DNA of 63,467 nt, counting the filler, from Octopus bimaculoides (lineage: Eukaryota), in assembly GCF_001194135.2 (NCBI RefSeq). It is 5 parts of 4 records of this genome, joined end to end, with 100 filler letters (N's around TTAATTAATTAA, not from the genome) between each part and the next. Parts side by side here need not be neighbours in the genome. Positions count along the whole stretch, not along the records: positions 1 to 19,798 come from NC_069003.1; 4 more parts are not named here. One strand, given 5' to 3'. Both the position numbers and the translations under genes were made by a program. Below the pieces are notes generated by a model. That model was not told the origin of the DNA and made no database searches. It saw only the letters and a program-made list of their open reading frames with translations. Below are positions 1 to 11,726 of this stretch, one piece after another (position 1 is the first letter of the stretch; each line of letters opens with the position of its first letter).

Positions 1-100
1 CCTGGTGTACCCTTATCAGACGGGTAGTCATGATGGGTATACTGGGCTCCGTATATTTTACCCCAATGTCACTTTCATGGCATGCACTGCTCTCTCACTC
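1..100 (+). mobile_element. 3' part of unclassified ~540-bp (AAT)n-embedded interspersed repeat (family U), cut by window edge
   Basis: Near-identical to 12718-12817 and 3640-3731; ends CTCTCTCACTC followed by AAT-rich tail. Confidence 0.8.
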
Positions 101-118
101 AATAAAAAAAATAATAAT

Positions 119-285
119 GATTTCAAATTTTTACCACACGGGTAGCTTGGAGGGGGTGCTTCAATCGATTGCATCGACCGCAACGCGTAGCTGGTACTTA
201 TTTAATCGACCCCGAAAGGATGAAAGGCAAAGTCGACCTCGGTGGATTTTGAACTCGGAATGTAAAGACAGACGAAATGCCACTA

Positions 286-287
<2 letters not shown>
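119..287 (-). mobile_element. tRNA-derived SINE, family S1 (resembles octopus OK-type SINE), partial
   Basis: Shared core ATCGACCCCGAAAGGATGAAAGGCAAAGTCGAC and B-box-like GTTCAAA on minus strand; many copies in window. Confidence 0.8.

Positions 288-346
<59 letters not shown>
286..346. repeat. (AAT)n microsatellite
   Basis: Direct reading. Confidence 0.98.
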
Positions 347-584
347 GCAATGCCGAGTATTTGAGAAATAGTGACGAATATTTGCTGTAATCTACCGAGA
401 CCCATATTATTATTGATATCTTCAGATGTTATAGGAAGAACGATAGTGATAATGATAATCACTGTGGTTATGGAGGCGACACAATGCAAGCACGTTATTT
501 ATACATATGTGTATGTACATACATGTGCACGTGTATGTACAAATAAAGAGAGAGATGGGATCTCAATAGCAACTCTCGTGGGAC

Positions 585-2775
585 CTTGTTAAAACAAAGG
601 ACCATGGCAAAACGTCAGAAGTTCAGAAGATTTATGAACAGAAATAAACAGTTCGAGGAGAACAGATTGTTCAAAAATAACTCGAAGCAATTCTTTTGAA
701 CGTTAGAAACAAACAATGGTGAAAATGTTGCTCCTGATGCAAATTAAGGCAAGGAGTTCTGGAGCGGATTATGGGGAAAGAATATGGTGCATAAAAGGGA
801 TGCAATGTGGATAGGAACTATCAAGACAGAATTACAAGGAGGAAAGAAACAAAGAAATATTGTCATAAGCACAGTTGACGTGAAAGAACAAGTGGGTAAA
901 GTGCCTAACTGGAAAGCCCCTCGGGCCAGATAGGATTTGTCGCTTCTGGATGAGGTGATGCCATGCGGTGCATAAAAGACTAGCAGCCCAATTGAATGAG
1001 TGTGTCCAGAAAGGTACAGTAACCGAGTGGATGGTGGCTGGTAGGACAACACTTGTAATGAAAGATAGAAGAAAGGGGAATATTGTGGAAAATATTGTGG
1101 GAAATCTGAAAAAAGATAGATTCCTGAACCAAAACAGTCCAAAAGTATGGTAGGGACATCGGTATGGAATTTGGGATGACCAAATGTTTAGTACTTAATA
1201 TGAACAGAGAGAAGAAAGCAGCTGGCAGAGGATTACAGTTACCTTCAGGAGAGACCATGGGTGAACCCGACGGTAGTGGGTTTGGATACTTAGAGATTTT
1301 GGAGCTGGATGACATTCTAAACAGAAATGAAAGTCAAGGTCAGCGAGGCGTATCAAAATAGAGTGAAGATTGTGTTGAAATCCAACCTGAATGCCAAAAA
1401 ATTGATCACCGCAATTAATATCTGGGCAATTGCGGTGNNNNNNNNNNAGCTGGCAGAGGATTACAGTTACCTTCAGGAGAGACCATGAGTGAACCCGACG
1501 GTAGTGGGTTTGGATACTTAGAGATTGTGGAGCTGGATGACATTCTAAACAGAAATGAAAGTCAAGGTCAGCGAGGCGTATCAAAATAGAGTGAAGATTG
1601 TGTTGAAATCCAACCTGAATGCCAAAAAATTGATCACCGCAATTAATATCTGGGCAATTGCGGTGGTCAGATATAATGCGTCCATCCTAAAAAGGACTAA
1701 GGAGGGAATATCAACACTGGATAGAAGGACGAGAAAGTTAATAACGCTGCATGGGGCACTACACCCTAAAGCAAACGTAAACAGACTATATTAAAAGAAA
1801 GAATGCTAGCAGAGGACTAATTAGTATAGACCATCGTATAAGGAGTGAAAATAGAACGCTTGCTGAGTATTTGATAAATAATGATGAAGGCCTGCTGCAA
1901 CATTCCTCGAAAGACATGAGTGTAAATGTAGATGAAATGATGGGCAAGGAAGAGTTTAACCAAAGAGCTGAGGAGAAGAGAAAAGAAAACCTTGAAATGA
2001 GAATGCAAGGACAGTTTGAAAGGAATACAAAATACGTTAAGGATAATACAACATGGTGGGCATGGCTTGAAAGAGTGATTTGAAGCGTACCACCGAAAGC
2101 CTGACTATCGTTGCACACGACCAGGTTCTCGCTACCAATTCAGTGAAGTATAACATCTATAAAACTTCGGACACCCAGAAATGCAGACTCTGTAGAAAGA
2201 GTATGGAAAATGTGACCAACTTGGAAAGTGGACGTGAGAGACTTCCACAAAAAGAATACAAACACCGTAAATACCAATATGAAATAACAGAGAACTGGTA
2301 TAAGCATGTACCAAATAAAGTTATGCAGGAGGATGGAAAGGTAACGATACTCTGGGACTATGATTTTCAGACGGATTTTGTAATCGAACACCGTCGGCCG
2401 GATATTGTCATATTGAATAAAGAGACAAATACCGTCAGATCATTGATGTAGCCATGCCAAATGACATGAATGTTGTGAGTAAAGTGGTTGAAAAAAACCA
2501 CCAAGTATTCTGTATTGAAAGTGGAAATGGCAAGACTGTATGAAATTCGAGAGGGTAATGTAAAAGTGATACCAGTGGGCTCAATCTCATTGAAACTTCA
2601 AGACTTCTTAAGGCAACTGGAAATCCCATGCAAGATTGATGCGTTGCGAAAAGCAGCCTTATTGAGCACAGCGCACAGCTTAAGGAAAGCATTATCTGTC
2701 TGAAGTCCCTATGACTTGACTAAAGACTCCGGTCCATTTTTACCTACACTGTGTAAGGAATCATGATAATAATAA
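585..2775 (+). mobile_element. R4/Dong-like RLE-type non-LTR retrotransposon copy A (decayed, central RT deleted, 3' end intact)
   Basis: Frame-broken peptides: EFWSGLW, PNWKAP-GPD, GRTTLVMKD, DIGMEFGMTKC, HPKANVNRLY, CRLC zinc knuckle, RRPDIVILNKE endonuclease; stop at 2703, short 3'UTR, ATAATAAT tail. Confidence 0.9.
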
Positions 2776-2789
2776 TTGTTACTAGAATA

Positions 2790-2977
2790 ACCATAGGCAC
2801 AAGGAATGACATTCTGGGTAAAGAGTTAGTCGACTATATCGATCCTAGTGCTCAACTGGTACTTAATTTATCGACCCCAAAATGATGAAAGGCAAAGTCG
2901 ATCCAATGGAATTTTAACTCAGAACGTAAAAACAGGCGAAATGCTGTTTAGTATTTTATTCGGCGTGATAACGAATC
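2790..2977 (-). mobile_element. SINE family S1 copy
   Basis: Same core as 119-287. Confidence 0.8.
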
Positions 2978-3146
2978 TAACCAAAACACCAGGACTTATG
3001 ATTATATATAGCATAGAGAAAATAACAAAGCACTTTCGATAGACTGGAAATAGCAACACGAAAACAAAGCACAGTACATACCCAAGGTATATAGAGCTGC
3101 ACTCCGTAGTGCAGGGAAAGCTTGTGACAAAAAAGACTACTGAATA
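2978..3146 (+). mobile_element. 5'-truncated 3' end of R4/Dong-like LINE (subfamily D)
   Basis: TKTPGL..Y.I.KI C-terminal peptide plus CACAGyACATACCCAAGG 3'UTR matching 12060-12250; AAC/AAT tail. Confidence 0.8.
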
Positions 3147-3199
3147 ACAACAACATCATCATCATCAACAACAACAACAACAATAATAATAATTACGTC

Positions 3200-3731
3200 G
3201 GGTCAACTTTTGTGGCAGTGGCTCCCATTGCTTCTCATCTTAACTGATTAGACATGTTATCATGTATATTGTTTTGCCTTGGCATAAAAGATGAGCTACA
3301 GCAAACATTCTGCTCAATGGAACAGATTTGCTTGTCAGTTGTTTGACCTTAATCAGATGAGCATGTCCCTCGGTGGCTGACGATACGCGCATCTCTGATT
3401 ACGAGCAGAAGTAGTGGGGGAGCATCATAGCCATGTGTTGAGAGGAATTCATTAGGGTTTGAGTAATTCCTTTCTGGAAACATGAGTGATTCGTTCATCA
3501 TCCTTAAACAAACCTTATTCAAGGATCTTTTGAGTGCGATGGGCTATTCAACCTGAAGAAAATTCTAACCTGCAAGGTCATGCGCTGTTTATCTTGATAT
3601 AAGATCACCATGTGGAGCATATATGGTTGTGATGCATGTGCCTGGTGTACCCTTATCAGACGGGTAGTCAAGATGAGTATATTAAACATCGTATAATTGT
3701 ACTCCAGTGTCACTTTGATGGTATGCGCTGC
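3200..3731 (+). mobile_element. Family U ~540-bp repeat, directly joined to the N-terminus of LINE copy B
   Basis: Colinear with 12280-12817 over its length but lacks the terminal CTCTCACTC/(AAT)n. Confidence 0.8.
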
Positions 3732-6510
3732 TGGAACAAACAAGTCAATGCTTTTGTCATGGAGTGTTACTATCTGAGCAACACCGTTAGACAAAAATAG
3801 TTTTCATCTTAGGGAATACCGACAACTTATGTATGATCAATGGAGAGGAAGAGGATTGTTTCTTAGAGCAATAAGAAAAATTCGTTGGTTCACAGAAGTA
3901 GAGCTCGAAGCTATCAAAAGAAGCGTATTAGATAGAAGCAGCAGAGGAAACGATGAAAATACAGTTCCTACTGATAAACATAATCTCATAGCAGAAAACA
4001 GAGGTGAAATCTCTAATAAACCACAGGAAAGGAACAGTGATAGCTTGCTTGATGAGAGACAAATAGATGGTTTGGAAGAAGATAATGAAATTAATGGTGA
4101 CATGACAGATGGGCCAAAGGCAATCTACAACCGAATAAAGGCAAGGCTATAAGAGAACGATAGCGATATTATTTGCAATTTTAAAAAGGTTGAACCAATG
4201 AACGAAAAATGTGAATGAAATTCTGAAATACATTAAAACAAAAAACATCACAAAAACAAACAATTTGATCAAGGCAGCAAGTATTGTCGTAGCAGAAAAT
4301 GTGGGTGCTGATGTCAAGAAAAAGAAATGTAATGGGAGCGACAAAAGAAAAGATCCATGGTGGCAAAGAAGAATACGGACGGGGTTAAATATGTTCTTGA
4401 AAGACATTTCTGTGTTAGACCGAAAAGAGGAGGGTGAGCGTAAAAGCGAACAAAAATACAGAGCACTAAACAGGAAGCATGATATTGAAAGAAAGGGCCT
4501 GAAAGTGGCAATGGAGGAACTGAAACAGCGACCCGTTGTAAAGAAAGCAAAGATGATGAGATATGAGCAAAGAATGAAGGGATACCAGTAGAATAGGTTA
4601 TTCAGAGTAGATCAGAAGGGATTCTACAAAGAAATAAATGGAGAGTGTACAGATAAAAAGTTGATACCAGATAACATTGAAATTCAAAAGTTTTGGAGTG
4701 ACATCTGGAGCAAAGACAATGAGCACAAGAAGGATGCTAAATGGTTGCAAGAACTGAGACAAACAGTAGTCTGTCCAAAAGAGGCAGAACTAGTAATTTC
4801 AGTTAGGGAAGTGAAGGAAATCAGTAAAAAAATGGGTAACTGGAAGGCTCCGGGACCAGAGAGAGTTCAAGGCTCCTGGATTTGGTAAATGTCATGCACA
4901 AATAGCTGCACAACTCAACAGCTTCTTAAACGCCGACCAAGTAACATCAGAGTGGTTGACCATGGGTAGGACAGTGCTGTGCTTGAAAATCATCTTAAAA
5001 AGCAATACGGTGAACAATTACAGGCCGATATCCTGCTTGCTACTTTTGTGGAAATTTGCAAGCGTAAGTGCAGAGGTACCGAGGATCAAATCCTGATAGA
5101 TAAAACTGTACTTAGAGACTGCAAGAGGAGGAAAAGTAACTTAACTATGTCATGAATCGACTATCGTAAGGCGTACGGTATGATCCTACATTCTTGGATT
5201 ATGGAATATATTAATCTGTTTGGTATTGCATCGAATGTTGAGCGATTGCTTGGAAAAAGTATAGTGAAGTGGAGAGCAGAACTGACAGCGTATGGAAGAA
5301 GTTTAGGGAGAATGGAAATCAGGAGAGGTATCTTCCAAGCGGACTGCCTGTCCCTGCTGATCTTTGTACTGTGCATGATACCACTAACACTGATTCTGAG
5401 AAAAGGAAAGGCTGGGCATGTATTCAAAAGCCGCCAACAAAACCACTTGTTATTCGTGGATGACCTCAAACATTATGTTAAAGATGAATCCCAAGTCAAC
5501 TCCCTCGTTGATACGGTGTATACTTTCAGTGCTGATATCAGAATGGAATGCGGAGTGAAAATGTGTGGGGTGTTAGTCTTGAAGAGAGGCAAAAGTCAAA
5601 AGTATTGATGAGCAAGCGATACTGTCGGGGTAAGTTATGAAGCAGATAGAAGAATGGGCTATAAATACTTGTGGATATTGAAAATGGATAAATTGATGAA
5701 GAAAGAAATGTCAGAAAAATTTAAGGTTGAGCATTTGCGCAGACTGAGATTGATCCTAAGTCGAAATTATACGGACGGAATAAGATTGAAGCTATCAACA
5801 TCTGGTCAGTTTCACTACTTAGATATGGAGTAGGGGCAATCGCACTGACAGTGGACGAACTAAACAGCTTAGACAGAAAGACAAGGAAGTTGCTGACTAG
5901 ATATGGGATACTCCGCCCGAAGAGTGACACAAACAAACTGTACTCTATGTACCAAGAAACAGAGGGGAAAGAGGACTGATTGGATGCGAACACAGCATTA
6001 GAGCAGAAGAAAACAACGTATCATGGTATGTAAAAAATTGTTTAAAATGCCACAGAACCACTATTATTGGAAGTAAGAAGGTCAGGTTTGTGTAGGATGG
6101 AAGAATGCAAATATAATGGTATGTACAAGGACAGAATGTAACTGATAAAGATCTGAAAGAATGAATGAAACTGAAAATATGTGGATAAAGAAAAGAATGC
6201 ATGAATAACTTCATAGGGATGCTGAAAATAAGACAGACAGACAGAGAAAAAAGATGACTATGGATGACTAAAAGTGATTTAAAACTGGAAACAGGAGTTC
6301 TAATCTGTGCTGACTAAGAGCAAGCATTAAAAACCAATTACATCAAATACAGAATAGACAACATACCAGAATGTAATCACTACATAATTTGTGGACAAAA
6401 TGGTGAAACCGTATGGCATTTTACCAGTCAATGTACGCCGATATCCCAGAAAGAATATAAGAGACGCCACGACAGTATAGCAAGGATTGTCCATTGGACA
6501 TTTTGATACT
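3723..6510 (+). mobile_element. R4/Dong-like LINE copy B, N-terminus through RT and zinc knuckle (pseudogenised)
   Basis: MRCWNKQVNAFVMECYYLS and YRQLMYDQWRGRG N-terminal motifs; FWSDIW; WKAPGP; NYRPISCL; IDYRKAYGMILHSWI; RGIFQADCLSLLIFVLCMIPL; LLFVDDLK; YKRRHDSIARIVHW. Confidence 0.92.
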
Positions 6511-6544
6511 CTTTGATGTCGTTACATAGATACTCAGCATTTTT

Positions 6545-7594
6545 ATTTGAATTAGCAATGCTAGACACACCTAGGAAGGAATGCAATATGAATGCAATAT
6601 GAATGGCAGACTTCACCCACGAGCAGGTTAATATCATTAGACTACATAGAGTTAGCTAGAACAGATATAGCCTCATATGTAGGCAATAGTGAAGAAATTT
6701 TATTAAGAGCTACAAGAGTCACAGTAAGACATAAGGAAACCAAAAAGCCAAATGAAGTTAAAAACCAGAAAGAAGGAAGATTATCTGACTGGCAAGAGAA
6801 GGTGTTGCATGGTAGATTCCCAAAGATCATTGAAGGAAATAGTGAGACATGGTTATAATTGCAGAAAGGGAGGCTGAAATAGGAGGCAGAAAGTTTGTTA
6901 GTAGCAGCACAAGATCTAGCATTGAGGACTAATTGGATAAAAGCCAAAATAGACAAAAATCTGGTAGATTCCCAATGTTAATCAAAAGAGAAAGTGTTAC
7001 TCATATAGTAAGTGTATGTAATATGCTGGCACAGAAAGAATACAAGAAAGGACATGACAACAGGGAGAGTAATCCACAGGGAATTAAGTAGAAAGCTAGG
7101 ATTTGATCATACTGATTGTATGAGCATGAACCTAATAAAGTACTAGAAAATAAGAAATATAAGATGCTATGAGACTTTAACACTAAGACAGAGTAAATGA
7201 AGCGAGAAGGCCTGATTTAGTACTAGTAGACAAAGAAAATAGAAAGTACTGGGTATTTGAATTTATTGTCCCAAATGATGAGAAAGTCAATATGAGAGAT
7301 ATAGAGAAAGTAGCAAAGTACCAGGACCTATCCATTGAGTTACAGAGTCTATGGAAAGTGCGGGTAAAATGTATCCCAGTAGTAATAGGTACATTGGGAA
7401 CTATTACTAAAGATTTGAACAAATGGATAGAGGAAATAGGCTTAAAACCTAGATTAGTGCAGCACCAAAAAACTGTTCTTAGAGACAGCTGGAATACGTA
7501 GGAGGATTCTTGGCATCTAAGGTTACTTCTTGTAGCCCGATGCTAGGAAATCTTTCGTATACGCACATCTGTTGTGCGTATATGAAACATTATC
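6545..7594 (+). mobile_element. R4/Dong-like LINE copy C, 5'-truncated (thumb, zinc knuckle, RLE, 3'UTR)
   Basis: LLVAAQDLALRTNWIKAKID; RRPDLVLVDKE; EKVAKYQDLSIEL; IPVVIGTLG; followed by AAC-type tail. Confidence 0.88.
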
Positions 7595-7654
7595 ACCAAC
7601 AACAACTACTACGACAACGACGACAGCAGCAACAACAACAATAATAATATTGAT

Positions 7655-7744
7655 GATGAACCCTCCCATCGAAGACGACGCATGAGTTTTCAGCTGTTAC
7701 CGAACGACCTGTGCAAATGGTTTGTCTATAGTGATCAAATGTTC
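7655..7744 (-). mobile_element. 3' fragment of tRNA-derived SINE family S4
   Basis: Reverse complement matches 39670-39755 (TTTGATCACTATAAACAAA...GGTCGTTCG...CGTCTTCGA). Confidence 0.7.
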
Positions 7745-8042
7745 AGGCCGAATGTGGGCTTTGAGGAGAGTGTGTGTCATTCCAGTAGTTGTAGGGGCAC
7801 CCGGATCAATAACAACCAAGTTCGAGAAATATGTCAAAGAAATCGGAATTGATATGAGAGCAGAGCAAGCTCCAAACAACTGTTCTGCTGGGGACAGCTA
7901 GGATTTTGAGATTGATACTTGAATGTTGAATGCCTTCCACGGTAATTAACAACCAAGTAACAAATCCTATAATGTGCAGAAAGCGACCCTGTGAGACGTC
8001 TGACAGCAGATTCTGCTGTCCACTCTCGCAGAATCTACCAGA
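7745..8042 (+). mobile_element. 3' end of an R4/Dong-like LINE (possibly the displaced end of copy B)
   Basis: RMWALRRVCVIPVVVGAPGSIT...VLLGTARILRLILEC* then 3'UTR and AAC tail. Confidence 0.82.
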
Positions 8043-8067
8043 ACAACAAAAACAACACTAATAATAA

Positions 8068-8257
8068 TGATTTCAAATTTTGGCACAAGGCCAGCAAATT
8101 CGTGGAAGGGGTAAGTCGATTATATCAACCCCTGTGCTCGCCTGGTACTTATTTTATCGACCCGAAAGGATGAAAGGCAAATTCGATATCTGCGGAATTT
8201 GAACTCAGAACGTAAAGCTTTTTTGCGTGCTAAAATTTCTGCTAGCTTGCCGCCCTA
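8068..8257 (-). mobile_element. SINE family S1, near complete
   Basis: Head GGCGGCAAGCTAGCAGAA, B-box GTTCAAATTCC, shared core, 3' end CCTTGTGCCAAAATTTGAAATC(ATT)n. Confidence 0.85.
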
Positions 8258-8259
8258 GT

Positions 8260-8353
8260 ATTGATGATGATGATAATGATGATGATGATGATGATAATGA
8301 TGATGACGATGATGATGATGATGATTATTATGATAATAATAATAATAATAATG

Positions 8354-8413
<60 letters not shown>

Positions 8414-8435
8414 GTAATAAAAGTAATAAAATCTT
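8260..8435. repeat. Compound (GAT)n/(AAT)n microsatellite
   Basis: Direct reading. Confidence 0.97.
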
Positions 8436-8715
8436 TTGATATTAGTTCTTCTTGTATTGGTCAGATTCTCTCTTGTCATTCTTTCAACAATTTAAGTACA
8501 CTTTCACGAATGATTGGTCCTCTGGAAGCTCGTTTCTAAAGCATGGGATATCAAAATGAATATAGAGAAATGATTCAACTCATCCCTGACAGGTTATATT
8601 TTCAACGAGCAGAAAGAAGAAACGCTCTGTCTTACATAAAATAGAAAAAAATGTATGAGGTTCATATCGACGTATTATGTTCATATCGACATGTCGTAGG
8701 AACATATATATCTAT

Positions 8716-8755
8716 GTGTGCGCGCGCGTGTGTGCGTGTGTGTGTGTGTGTGTTT

Positions 8756-8838
<83 letters not shown>
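8716..8838. repeat. (TG)n microsatellite
   Basis: Direct reading. Confidence 0.98.
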
Positions 8839-8841
<3 letters not shown>

Positions 8842-9029
8842 TTCAGAGCAGGTATATCTGAGTAGTTGAGATACATAAATAACTAGAAAGAAAATGATTG
8901 TTTATCATTAAGGAGGGAATATTATCGAGGAACTGGAGTGGAGAGGAAATTCTTAAGTTCACAAATATTACATAACAACAGCAGCAACAACAACAACAAC
9001 AACAATAATAATAATAACAATAATAATAA

Positions 9030-9238
9030 TGATTTCATTTATTTGCCACAAGGGCAAAGAATGACGGGGACAATAAAAAGACAGACATAAAGTGTGAGGG
9101 CTTATATATATAATGGAATGATAAAAAAGAAAATGAAAGAAAGAAACTAAGTATACACGATATACACTGAAAAAGAAGGGATATATACATAGCATAGAAA
9201 GGTTAAAGAAACGTGCCGGAGGCGGATGATAGCCAAAC
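9030..9238 (-). mobile_element. LINE-like 3' end with CCCTTGTGGCAAATAAATGAAATC(ATT)n terminus (family T end; parent LINE not linked in window)
   Basis: Pyrimidine-rich UTR-like sequence, AATAAA-containing end; same terminus at 22110-22135. Confidence 0.55.
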
Positions 9239-9239
9239 C

Positions 9240-9281
<42 letters not shown>

Positions 9282-9285
<4 letters not shown>

Positions 9286-9401
9286 CACTTTCAATACAGT
9301 AAACATAAGAGCACCACAGCAAACCACAGCACATACCCAAGGCGCACAGAGCTGCGCTCGGTAGTGAAGTGAAAGCACGTTATAAAAATAAAACTACTGA
9401 A
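9282..9401 (+). mobile_element. 3'UTR-only copy of R4/Dong-like subfamily D
   Basis: CCACAGCACATACCCAAGG...GAGCTGCGCTCGGTAGTG...AAAACTACTGAAC, with (AAT)n on both sides. Confidence 0.85.
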
Positions 9402-9539
9402 CAATAATAATAATAATAATTATAATATTAATAATAATAACAATAACAATAACAACAACAACATCCCCCACCCAACAACAACAACATCCCCCACCCAACA
9501 GCAACAACATTCCCCACCCAACAACAACAATAACAATAA

Positions 9540-9815
9540 TACTTAACAATCGATGTGGCAGTATCAGGGATCAGCATATTGTTATGAAAGACAGAAAATG
9601 ACGACAAATATGGAGACCTGAAAACTGAGATCGCGAAGATGTGGCCGCATCGAGAGTCAAACGTGAAGGTTGATCCCGTTGACATCGAAATATTGGATTC
9701 AATTCCACCCGATATTAACAAAGAAAAGCAGGGTCTAAGCATTACTTGGATCGTATATGTAAAGGATTTTTGACAGTATTCTCCACACATGCATCCTAGC
9801 AAAACTAGCCAGGAA
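9540..9815 (+). mobile_element. Degenerate RLE endonuclease fragment of an R4/Dong-like LINE
   Basis: TIDVAVSG...DKYGDLKTEIAKMW. Confidence 0.65.
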
Positions 9816-9844
9816 CAAGGTAGCACCAATTATAACAAAATATA

Positions 9845-10945
9845 TAAAACATGCCATGAATAAATGGCAAACGGTGTTGCAGCTCCAGACTTAAAAGGTA
9901 ATCATAAAAACTAAAGCCATTCCCATTACAAGAGGAATATTTCAAGGAGACTCGCTCCCTCCACTCCTTTTCTATGTGGCATTGACGCCTTTAGCTTACA
10001 TGTTAAACAGAACGGGATGTAGATAGAAATGCTATGGTAAAACAATCAACTACCTCTTGTATATGGATAATTTAAACGGTATGCTGCAAATGACGAACAA
10101 CTGGAAACATTACTACAGACAGTACATACATTTACCAAAGAAATAAATCATATACGACAGAAATAAATGAAATTCGGCTCAGAAAAATGTGCCAAGGGCG
10201 AAAACTAGTTAAAGGTAACACTATCGCACTAGATGAAGAAGAAAACCCAGACATACAAATACTTAGGAATCAATGAACTAGATACGGTACAACACACAAA
10301 TGAAAGAGAATATAAGGAAGGAATATTATGGACGAATTAGATTAATACTTAAAGCAGAGCTCAATGCGAAAAGCAAGATAATTGGTATCAATAATCTAGC
10401 TATCCCTGTTATAAGTTACAGTTACAGTATCCTTAATTGCACACGAAATGAGCTAACCAAACTAGATAAAAAAACAAGTAACATAATAACGAAATTTAGA
10501 ATACACCACCCAAAATCTGATATAGAAAGGTTGTATATACAACGAACTGACGGTAGTAGAAGAATTATAAAACTAGAAAACTACTTGAAAACTATGGTAG
10601 TTATATGATTACAGAAATATCTAACTTAGAACCAAGTAAAACTGGTACGGAAACAACAGAATACCATGAAAAACAAGCCATTACATGGAAAATACCGTGA
10701 TAAACTAAACAGAAAAAAGAAGTAGACAAAGTAAAATACCAACAATGCTTGAGAAGCTCAGGACTCAAAGCAGAGAGTGAAGGATTTTTAACTGCAGCAC
10801 AAGATCAAAGCCTTCCCATCAGAAACACATAATGAAGAAAAATACATTAACTGCAGAATATGTGGTGATGTGGGAAGAAACAATAAATCATATTGTCTCT
10901 GGCAGCCCATTCCTGACTAAGAAGGAATATATCCAAACATATGAC
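9845..10945 (+). mobile_element. R4/Dong-like LINE copy D, RT to zinc knuckle
   Basis: RGIFQGDSLPPLLF; YLLYMDNL; HHPKSDIERLY; SSGLKAESEGFLTAAQDQ; CRIC; KKEY. Confidence 0.9.
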
Positions 10946-10976
10946 TGAGTTTGAAGGTATATACACTGTATTATTA

Positions 10977-11064
<88 letters not shown>

Positions 11065-11599
11065 NNNNNNNNNNNNNNNNNNNNNNNNNNNNNNNNNNNN
11101 NNNNNNNNNNNNNNNNNNNNNNNNNNNNNNNNNNNNNNNNNNNNNNNNNNNNNNNNNNNNNNNNNNNNNNNNNNNNNNNNNNNNNNNNNNNNNNNNNNNN
11201 NNNNNNNNNNNNNNNNNNNNNNNNNNNNNNNNNNNNNNNNNNNNNNNNNNNNNNNNNNNNNNNNNNNNNNNNNNNNNNNNNNNNNNNNNNNNNNNNNNNN
11301 NNNNNNNNNNNNNNNNNNNNNNNNNNNNNNNNNNNNNNNNNNNNNNNNNNNNNNNNNNNNNNNNNNNNNNNNNNNNNNNNNNNNNNNNNNNNNNNNNNNN
11401 NNNNNNNNNNNNNNNNNNNNNNNNNNNNNNNNNNNNNNNNNNNNNNNNNNNNNNNNNNNNNNNNNNNNNNNNNNNNNNNNNNNNNNNNNNNNNNNNNNNN
11501 NNNNNNNNNNNNNNNNNNNNNNNNNNNNNNNNNNNNNNNNNNNNNNNNNNNNNNNNNNNNNNNNNNNNNNNNNNNNNNNNNNNNNNNNNNNNNNNNNNN

Positions 11600-11663
11600 C
11601 TTTTCTGGTGTGTGTTTATACCATGTTTTTTCTGTTGTTATTCCATAGTGTTGGCATAGCTTC

Positions 11664-11664
<1 letters not shown>
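11600..11664 (-). mobile_element. Inverted fragment of subfamily-D LINE (KLCQHYGITTEKTWYKHTPEK), runs into the gap
   Basis: Translation of minus strand; homologous to 11727-11780 on plus. Confidence 0.75.

Positions 11665-11724
<60 letters not shown>

Positions 11725-11726
<2 letters not shown>

Noticed and set aside
1220-1665. 218-bp tandem duplication inside LINE copy A
   Set aside because: The copies flank a 10-N gap and differ at only two bases, which fits unmerged contig overlap or two haplotypes rather than biology.
3370-3420. CTGACGA hammerhead core in family U
   Set aside because: No downstream GAAA or helix II/III could be formed, and the motif is altered in the 12440 copy.
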